Shown one piece after another: positions 56,748-64,000 of a stretch of DNA of 64,000 bases (within the stretch, counting starts at the first letter, position 1; every line of letters starts with the position of its first letter). Location of the stretch: assembly GCA_964619725.1 (NCBI GenBank), contig CAZUFC010000013.1:1-64000 (forward strand), written 5' to 3'. The notes under the pieces are model-generated. The model had not been told where the DNA came from. It saw only the letters and a program-made list of their open reading frames with translations, and did not search any database. Origin of the DNA: an uncultured bacterium (GTDB lineage: Bacteria; CSSED10-310; CAZUFC01). Both the position numbers and the translations under genes were made by a program.

Positions 56748-58769
56748 ATGAATGCCCAGCAAGCGAAAAGTCGAATCGAGGAATTAAGAAAAGAAATTAA
56801 TCATCATAACTATTTATATTACATCAGAAATGAACCGGCAATCCCGGATGCGGAGTATGACGCTCTAATGCGTGAGCTGATGAAACTTGAGGCGGAGTAT
56901 CCCGAATATGACAGTATCGATTCTCCGACCAGGAAAGTGGGCGCTCCGCCGGTTGGGGAGCTGGGCAAGGTGGAACATACTTCGCCCATGCTGAGTCTTG
57001 ATGCTTCATTGAATAAGTCTGATGTTATTCAATTCGATCAGCGCATAAAAAAGGCTGCCGGAGTCGACCGAATCGAATACTCGGCAGAACTGAAATTAGA
57101 CGGTTTATCCGTTGAACTCGTCTATGAAAACGGCCTTTTCATAAGGGGCTCTACCAGGGGAGACGGAAGAATAGGAGAAGAAGTCACCTTGAACCTCAGG
57201 ACGATTCGATCGCTGCCATTGAGGTTATGGGAAGAAGGGATACCTGTTCCCGGCATGTTGGCGGTTCGCGGTGAAGTCGTTATGCCTGTGAATGCCTTTC
57301 TCCAGTACAATAAGCAACTTACTGAAAAAGGCGAAGCCCCTTTCGCTAATCCTCGTAATGCAGCCGCAGGTTCGCTCAGACAGATTGATTCCCGCATAAC
57401 GGCTTCACGCCCCCTGGATATCTATGTCTACGATGTTATGACAGCGGAGGGCGCAGCCTTCTCTTCCCACTGGGAAATACTGGAGCAGCTTCCGAGATGG
57501 GGATTCAAAGTGACGGAACATTGGAGAAGGTGCAACGACATCAGGGATGCCGTAACTTTCCATTCTGAGATAGAAAAAATACGAGAAGACCTCGAAGCTG
57601 AAATAGATGGAATAGTGATAAAAGTCAACGACTTGAAGTTGCGTGATCAATTGGGTTCGCGTGACAGAAGTCCGCGATGGGCCATGGCGTTGAAATTTCA
57701 ACCCAGACGAGAAACTACCGAAGTTCTGGGAATTGCCGTTCAGGTCGGAAGGACAGGTATTTTAACTCCAGTGGCTATTCTGAAACCGGTGGATGTTGGA
57801 GGCGTTACTGTCAGTCGGGCCACTCTTCATAACTTGGATATCGTCAGGAAATTGGACGTCAGGGTCGGCGACAAGGTCAAAGTAATCAGAGCAGGTGATG
57901 TGATTCCTGAGATTGCCGAGGTCGATAAATCCGCAAGGCGCATTGAGAAAAAAGAATTCAATATGCCAGATGCGTGTCCGGTTTGCGGGTCTGCCGTCAC
58001 CAGAGAAGGAGCTTATTATTTTTGCTCAGGCGGGTTGGCCTGTCCCGCTCAATTGAAAAGCTCCATTACTCATTATGCATCCCGGTATGCAATGGATATC
58101 GCCAATCTTTCGGAACAAACTGTCGGCCTGTTCGTCAATTTAGGCATAGTAAAACACGTTTACGACCTTTATAATCTGAAAAAGGAAGAAGTTGAAGAAC
58201 TGAAAGGATGGGGCCCCAAAGCGACCCAAAATTTGTTGCAGGCCATTGAACAAAGCAAATCCAGACCTCTTTCTCAATTTATTTACGCCCTGGGCATCAG
58301 ACATGTGGGTACGCATGTAGCTCAATTACTGGCTGAAAATTTCGGAACCCTCGATGCGCTTATGAATGCAGATCGCAATACTTTGGAGTCGATTGATCAA
58401 ATAGGGCCGCGAATCAGCGAGAGTATTGTGTGCTTCTTCTCAGAAAAGCATAACAGGCAGACCATAAAAGCATTGATGGATTCAGGCGTGAAACCGTTGC
58501 CTGTCGAGAAATCAGAATCAAAGAATGGTGACGACAAGAAACCGTATAACCTTTCCTTCATCTTTACAGGGGGCCTTGAGTCAATGACCAGGGATGAAGC
58601 CAAGCGAAAAGTGGAGGCTTTAGGCGGACGCGTCGTTAATTCCGTCAGTAATAAAACAGATTACGTCGTTACCGGAAAGAATCCGGGGTCTAAACTGAGT
58701 AAAGCGAGAAAGTTGAATCTAAATGTTATATCTGAACAGGAATTCATCGATATGGTGAATTCCGGCTGA
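56748..58769 (+). CDS. ligA: NAD-dependent DNA ligase
   Basis: ELKLDG, TRGDG, FANPRNAAAGSLRQ, QVGRTG, RAGDVIP, zinc finger, BRCT. Confidence 0.98.
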   Translation: MNAQQAKSRIEELRKEINHHNYLYYIRNEPAIPDAEYDALMRELMKLEAEYPEYDSIDSPTRKVGAPPVGELGKVEHTSPMLSLDASLNKSDVIQFDQRIKKAAGVDRIEYSAELKLDGLSVELVYENGLFIRGSTRGDGRIGEEVTLNLRTIRSLPLRLWEEGIPVPGMLAVRGEVVMPVNAFLQYNKQLTEKGEAPFANPRNAAAGSLRQIDSRITASRPLDIYVYDVMTAEGAAFSSHWEILEQLPRWGFKVTEHWRRCNDIRDAVTFHSEIEKIREDLEAEIDGIVIKVNDLKLRDQLGSRDRSPRWAMALKFQPRRETTEVLGIAVQVGRTGILTPVAILKPVDVGGVTVSRATLHNLDIVRKLDVRVGDKVKVIRAGDVIPEIAEVDKSARRIEKKEFNMPDACPVCGSAVTREGAYYFCSGGLACPAQLKSSITHYASRYAMDIANLSEQTVGLFVNLGIVKHVYDLYNLKKEEVEELKGWGPKATQNLLQAIEQSKSRPLSQFIYALGIRHVGTHVAQLLAENFGTLDALMNADRNTLESIDQIGPRISESIVCFFSEKHNRQTIKALMDSGVKPLPVEKSESKNGDDKKPYNLSFIFTGGLESMTRDEAKRKVEALGGRVVNSVSNKTDYVVTGKNPGSKLSKARKLNLNVISEQEFIDMVNSG

Positions 58770-59312
58770 ATGAACCGGTTTCAGAGTGCAAAAACAGGCA
58801 CATGAGTCGTCGTGCGCTTTGCTTTAGAAGTTCTAAACGTGAATCCTGCAGCAGGTTGAAATCGGACGAGTAAAACATGAGCGCCAAGTACTGGGACCTG
58901 AGGTTGCCGCAAGAAATTTGTTAGTTTCTTTCCTTAAACGGCCATTTTTCCCCAACGCTGCGTCAGATTACATCTGCTTATGGCGTATTCAAGACGCAAA
59001 CCCTTTTATGGAGCATTACCGTGAATCAACGATACACTTGAACCTGTTTTGGGACACGACGGGCGCCCATAAATTCGTAACGGAGCGTTTTCTGCCTCCA
59101 AAAATTCCGAATTTTATAATAATGAAATAATATTTAAAATTCGCGTCGTATATGACCATTTCTGAATATTTTATATAAATTCTCCGCCTTTCTGATTCAT
59201 TCCGTCGAATTGGAATTATGAATTAAATCTCATCAGATAAAAAGCAAAGGCATGAATTATGCTCTGTATCTTCCGGTTGGATTTTTTGATCGTTCAATTT
59301 GAGGAGGTAAAA

Positions 59313-59897
59313 ATGCAGAACAAAATTTTAGTGTTGAGTTTAATGATTTTACCGTTTCTGCCGGTTCATCCTTGGGCGGCGGCGAACGATGCGTTTTTCG
59401 GGATGGGACCTCGCGTGGGTTTTTACAGCACGGAGGAAAACGGTAATGATGAACTGGACGGGTATTTAGGCGTTCAGATGCGTTTTCGATTCAACAGCGT
59501 TTTCGGAATTGAAGCTTCATTCGACTGGAGGGAAGATGAGTATACGATAGTGACGCCCTATGAGGAGACTAAAATGACTGTAGAACATCATCCCGTTTTG
59601 GTTTCCGCTATGTTTGACCTTGTGCCTTTCTCCAGCGTTTCTCCCTATGTGTTGATGGGTATCGGTTGGTATTACATGGAAGAAAAATATGAAGGGTACG
59701 ATTATTACTATGAAACAGATGACCGGGATTTCGGATATCATCTTGGAGGCGGAATTAATGCCTACTTCAATCCCAACATGTGTTTCAACGCTGATCTTCG
59801 CTATAATTTTCTGAAGATAACCGAAGATGAATGGGGAGACTCAGAACTCGATGCCGGCGGTTGGATAGTCAATATGGGCTTGACGTTTTTCTTTTAA
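59313..59897 (+). CDS. Outer-membrane beta-barrel protein (OmpW / OmpA-TM-like)
   Basis: Signal peptide, alternating beta strands, PYVLMGIGWY, C-terminal Phe; GAGGAGG SD. Confidence 0.85.
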   Translation: MQNKILVLSLMILPFLPVHPWAAANDAFFGMGPRVGFYSTEENGNDELDGYLGVQMRFRFNSVFGIEASFDWREDEYTIVTPYEETKMTVEHHPVLVSAMFDLVPFSSVSPYVLMGIGWYYMEEKYEGYDYYYETDDRDFGYHLGGGINAYFNPNMCFNADLRYNFLKITEDEWGDSELDAGGWIVNMGLTFFF

Positions 59898-59951
59898 TTT
59901 GAAAAGGTCTGCGCCGGATCAATATAAAACCCTCGTGGAAGTTCTAAAAAC

Positions 59952-59992
59952 CGGCCCGTCCCGTGAAATTTTTCATGGAACGGGCCGATTTT
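59952..59992 (+). terminator. Intrinsic terminator after the OMP gene
   Basis: cggcccgtcccgtgaaa / tttcatggaacgggccg stem followed by T-rich tract. Confidence 0.65.
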
Positions 59993-60047
59993 CTTGGCTT
60001 TTCTTTTCGATCAATTGCCATTACAATAAATGATCGAGGTTTGGATT

Positions 60048-61460
60048 ATGAAATTGAAGCTGGAATATCTTAGGTCAATGCTCAGAAAATTAAGAGTGTT
60101 TTTCGAAAGGGAGTTGTGGATAGGCAAAGAGAAAGAAAGGGCTCTCCGTCACAAGATCGTACGAGGTTTTTTAAGGCGAATATCACTAACAATTGAGGGT
60201 TCCATTGATGATCAGATTACGCTCAAGGCATCGGCTCTGACTTATATGACCTTGTTGTCGATCGTGCCGTTCTTAGCTTTTCTGTTTTCCATCTCGAAAG
60301 GATTTGGTATCCAGAAAGCGGTTTTACCCTCCCTGGTGAAAAGTCTGACGGTGGGGCAGACGGCCGTTATGGAAAAAATAATCCAATACGTGGAAAACAC
60401 AGATGTCAAAGCCCTGGGAACTGCAGGACTCGTTTTTCTTTTGTACACCGTAATAAAAGTCCTGGCTAATATTGAAAAATCATTTAATGAGATATGGGGC
60501 GTAAGGAAAAACCGAACATGGGGAAGAAAATTTACCGACTACTTGAGCGTAATGATGATATGGCCTTTTCTTATGATATTCGTCACGGGACTCAATACCA
60601 CATTGACGGGTTTTTCCATAGTCAGAAAAATGCAGGAAATCGCCGTCATCAGTTCGTTCGTTGGGATCGCTCTGAGACTCATACCTTTTGTGGCCATCTG
60701 GGTCGCTTTTACCTTTCTTTACGTGTTCATGCCCAACAAAAAAATCAGATTCTTTTCCGCTCTTCCAGCCGGTATAATCGCCGGCATCCTATGGCTCGCA
60801 GCACAATGGGGGTATATCTACTTCCAGGTCGGCGTTTCAAAATACAACGCCATTTACGGAACTTTCGCCTCCCTCCCTATATTCCTCGTATGGCTGTATC
60901 TCAGTTGGGTCATAGTTCTGCTCGGCGCTGAAATCGCCTGGGCCGATCAAAACGTTTCATTCAAGAAATATCAGGTCATAAGAAAATTCATGTCTCCCAG
61001 GGAAAAAGTGGAAAATGCGCTCAGAGTAATCTCGGTAATCACTAAACAATACTATTACGGCAATTCTCCTGCTCATATTGAAATGATATCGGAAAAGCTG
61101 GGTTACACTCAAGAACTGACGGAAAGCGCCGTGGATGACCTTCAAAAAATCGGACTGCTTATCGTTACTGGTGAAGATGAACAGCAATGCATTCCCGCAG
61201 TCAATCCCGAAAACCTTACCGTCGTCGATTTCATACTCAGGTTCTCTGAGGGGCATTTCAAGAAATCCAAAACCAAAAACGATGAGGACCAGATAACCAG
61301 TCAAATTAAAGACATCTTTCACAGCTTTGAAAAAGAATTAAAAAAATTAGAAGATAACAAAAACCTCAAACAACTGGCCCTTCATGAATTTAAAAATATG
61401 AAAAAAAAAGAAAATAATTCTTTTTCGGTTCACTCCGATTCGCTTGACAATGTTCAATAA
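60048..61460 (+). CDS. YihY / virulence factor BrkB family membrane protein with C-terminal wHTH-like domain
   Basis: ASALTY.TLLSIVP, IEKSFNEIW, Y.FMPN, YNAIYGTFA.LPIFL.WLY.SW..VLLGAE. Confidence 0.92.
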   Translation: MKLKLEYLRSMLRKLRVFFERELWIGKEKERALRHKIVRGFLRRISLTIEGSIDDQITLKASALTYMTLLSIVPFLAFLFSISKGFGIQKAVLPSLVKSLTVGQTAVMEKIIQYVENTDVKALGTAGLVFLLYTVIKVLANIEKSFNEIWGVRKNRTWGRKFTDYLSVMMIWPFLMIFVTGLNTTLTGFSIVRKMQEIAVISSFVGIALRLIPFVAIWVAFTFLYVFMPNKKIRFFSALPAGIIAGILWLAAQWGYIYFQVGVSKYNAIYGTFASLPIFLVWLYLSWVIVLLGAEIAWADQNVSFKKYQVIRKFMSPREKVENALRVISVITKQYYYGNSPAHIEMISEKLGYTQELTESAVDDLQKIGLLIVTGEDEQQCIPAVNPENLTVVDFILRFSEGHFKKSKTKNDEDQITSQIKDIFHSFEKELKKLEDNKNLKQLALHEFKNMKKKENNSFSVHSDSLDNVQ

Positions 61461-61466
61461 TCCAAA

Positions 61467-63767
61467 ATGATAAACGATTCTCAAAACTATTTTATTAAAT
61501 ATTCTCTGCTGGGCGCTTCACTGGTCCTCCTGTCTGTCGCTTTTATTTTGCTGCTCTATTTTTCTCTTAATCAAGGCGACTTCGACGTTATCTTCTTCCT
61601 GTCTTCAGGATTGCTTGGAGCGCTCATCTGCATCTATATCGTAACATCGAACATCACGAAGGAAATTAAACGTTTATTTTTCTTCCTGTTTGCATTTTTC
61701 ATCTTCTCCATGGCAGAAAGCATACTGGAAAACATACTCGTCGGAACCGCTGTCCGTCCGTATATCCTCCTTTTAACCGATATGATTATTCTCGCTTCTC
61801 TCGCCTTGAGCGTCCTGCACGTTATAAAACTGAACAAATTGAGTCGTAAATATACGCATCCGCTGTTTATCATTCTGGTGTTTATTTTTGCCTCCGGCCT
61901 GCTGATTCTTCAATTGAACCGGTTCATCATCAGCAGGATGTTTGTTGCATCCATCAATATGACAGATATCGATTCGATATTTTGCGCAATCCTCATGGTT
62001 TGCGCCTCTTTCGGATTGGGAATAAGGGCGATGGGATCAGATGACATTTCCAATATTACTCGGATGCTCGGTTTGACGTTGCTTTTCCTGTTGTCGGGAA
62101 GAATGGGCCTGAATATCTACGAATCGAACCGATTCTCACTCTCAATACCAATTATTCAATGCACGGCATCAACTGCTTATTACTTGAATTTCATCAGCCT
62201 GACCGCGCTCCTGTTCATTCCGCCCTTCATCTCAAAAGCGACCGAAAAAAAGGAAATTTCTAAGGAGCATTCCTCCTTGAATATCTATAAAGACCTGCTG
62301 GAAACGTCTTCCATGATCTTCGCCTGGCTTGACGGAAAATTCAACGTTAAATGGATCAATCGCGCTGCAGAAGAACAAACGGGATATCACAGAAATTTAT
62401 GGTTGAAGCCCGGGGCAGGCTGGCTTGGGTTCGTTTATCCTCCGGATATTGAAAAAGTCCGTAAATTGATGACGAATGTAAAGGCTCTGAACAGCAAGTG
62501 TAAAGTCAATGCCCGATTCATAATGAAGAATAGAAAAATTAAATATCTCGAATTAACCTGTTTCCCCCTCGATGTTTTTGCTAATGACGATTATTTCGGT
62601 CTTATCCTCCGCAATATTACTCCCCAGGTCAAAAAAAACCTGTACTGGCGTTACAGACTGAAAAAGAAAAAACTGCTTTTCGATATGCGCTCCATAGCGC
62701 TGAAAGCCAAAACCAGAGAACAATTTATTACAAATTCGCTCAGCGCCGCCGGCAAAATGCTTAACGGAATACCGGCCGCATGGTACATCAAAGAAGGAAA
62801 AAATCCTTTTCAATTGGTATATGCTGTCGATCATCATGATGATTTTAAAAATAATCTGAATGATTATAAAGGAACCTGGAAAAATTTGAATTTGGAAATC
62901 AAAATGATGATCCTCAAATCTTTGGAGAACAATACCAAAACAAACTCAATTAAAGAATGCCTTCTGAAATTTGAATTCGAAACTCAAGAAAATGTCGAAA
63001 TGGCCGTCCTCTTTAAAAAACATATAGTTAATGCTCCCACTGAACTGCTGATCGATCTCCTCAACCTGCTCAGAAAAATTTTTAAAGGCCGCTATAAAGA
63101 AAACTGCCGAATGAGAAACATCAGAGATGGAAAAATCGCATTCGCTCGCCTGAAAAGATTGATGAACTCCGGACGCTCACCTCTCAACCTCGATTCTTTG
63201 CTCGCCTTTCTATCCGCTGAGCTGACCGATATATTCAAATCCCAACAAATTTACTTCTACTTGCACGAATCAATGAAAAAACAATTTATTCTGAGGGAAG
63301 ACAATTCTCCTAATCAAGACATATCCTCCTTGCCGATAAAGCAAAACTTACCCGAAGATGTAGCTGTTCCTTCCGAGGTAATGGATAGTGATAATTTCGA
63401 TTTTCACGGCAGAGCCATATTAGATATCGAATCCGAAATAAATGTCGAGAATTGCCTTTTTATTCCCTGCTACTGGTGGAGAAGACCAAAAGCCATTATC
63501 GTTATGATTGACGTGAAAAATAAACAGCTTATGAAACAAAAAGAAATTCTCAAATTCTTATCCATCGTTTGCGCCTTATTGATTGAAAAAAATCTCCTGA
63601 CCGAAAAATCTTCTCTGATATCTCAGTCTCTTTCAGCTAAATATAAAATCTTAAGCGAAAATCAGAACAGAATAACGGAACTCATGGAAAAATACCAAAA
63701 AAAGAAATCAGCCTTCGAGAAACTGGTCCGAAAAAAAACAAATTCCGATATGGACAACAATCGCTGA
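61467..63767 (+). CDS. Multi-TM membrane protein with PAS and GAF-like cytoplasmic domains
   Basis: About 8 TM helices, then YKDLLETSSM..WINRAAEEQTGY..FVYPPD..RNIT (PAS); coiled-coil tail. Confidence 0.7.
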   Translation: MINDSQNYFIKYSLLGASLVLLSVAFILLLYFSLNQGDFDVIFFLSSGLLGALICIYIVTSNITKEIKRLFFFLFAFFIFSMAESILENILVGTAVRPYILLLTDMIILASLALSVLHVIKLNKLSRKYTHPLFIILVFIFASGLLILQLNRFIISRMFVASINMTDIDSIFCAILMVCASFGLGIRAMGSDDISNITRMLGLTLLFLLSGRMGLNIYESNRFSLSIPIIQCTASTAYYLNFISLTALLFIPPFISKATEKKEISKEHSSLNIYKDLLETSSMIFAWLDGKFNVKWINRAAEEQTGYHRNLWLKPGAGWLGFVYPPDIEKVRKLMTNVKALNSKCKVNARFIMKNRKIKYLELTCFPLDVFANDDYFGLILRNITPQVKKNLYWRYRLKKKKLLFDMRSIALKAKTREQFITNSLSAAGKMLNGIPAAWYIKEGKNPFQLVYAVDHHDDFKNNLNDYKGTWKNLNLEIKMMILKSLENNTKTNSIKECLLKFEFETQENVEMAVLFKKHIVNAPTELLIDLLNLLRKIFKGRYKENCRMRNIRDGKIAFARLKRLMNSGRSPLNLDSLLAFLSAELTDIFKSQQIYFYLHESMKKQFILREDNSPNQDISSLPIKQNLPEDVAVPSEVMDSDNFDFHGRAILDIESEINVENCLFIPCYWWRRPKAIIVMIDVKNKQLMKQKEILKFLSIVCALLIEKNLLTEKSSLISQSLSAKYKILSENQNRITELMEKYQKKKSAFEKLVRKKTNSDMDNNR

Positions 63768-64000
63768 CGCCTCATCTTAAGAATGCATTTCCAGCAAACC
63801 GCCGGTTGTTTTTATTTTTGAAAAATCCGGTTGGTTGATCAGAGACTGGATTCTGCTTGAAAGCTTTGGCGGGCGTCACCCTTGATAGAGTTCTGATGCT
63901 TGTGATTCAATCGCTTTTTAACGGCTTGACTGCTGTGATCAGGCAGGCATATCCCTTTAAGAAACGTATCAGTTTATCCAGTCTCGTTATCGAATAGGTG

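Noticed and set aside
58860-59030. c-di-GMP-I riboswitch or 6S RNA
   Set aside because: Only isolated fragments (GACGCAAA, GTTGCCG, CTTGAACC) without the required order and pairing
63842-63985. 10-bp inverted repeat gagactggat/atccagtctc as an ncRNA
   Set aside because: Short match at the window edge; may overlap the 3' end of a minus-strand gene outside the window and cannot be evaluated

Overview
A 64 kb core-chromosome segment of an anaerobic, diderm bacterium (lipoproteins, an OM beta-barrel, Hdr/Mvh, Hyp; lineage cannot be fixed from sequence alone). Housekeeping content: gltX, rpsU-mutS2-dnaG-tRNA(CAT)-Zn-ribbon-rnpB (no rpoD at its usual place), rplU-rpmA-obgE-nadD-rsfS, ligA. Energy metabolism: hdrD-like/hdrA/mvhD transcribed divergently from hypFCDEAB, plus a split YeeE + TusA sulfur-transfer operon. 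No CRISPR array, rRNA, transposase or prophage is visible. The most interesting items are: (1) a tightly coupled four-gene membrane operon of unknown function (Fn3/DUF6754-like) that looks like an uncharacterised membrane complex; (2) five exported sulfatase-fold proteins with Thr instead of the Cys/Ser formylglycine site, plus an NPP-type enzyme, all ending in LxxLGY and clustered with a GT-C glycosyltransferase and a flippase-like protein, suggesting an envelope-decoration system; (3) a 605-aa protein combining a TIGR02996-like motif, two RNAP alpha-CTD-like repeats and a sigma70 region 4; (4) a probable AUU start for rsfS; (5) a dispersed MITE-like element in two copies; (6) several pseudo-enzyme candidates and long structured leaders. 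Family assignments come from motif recognition only, with no database searches.
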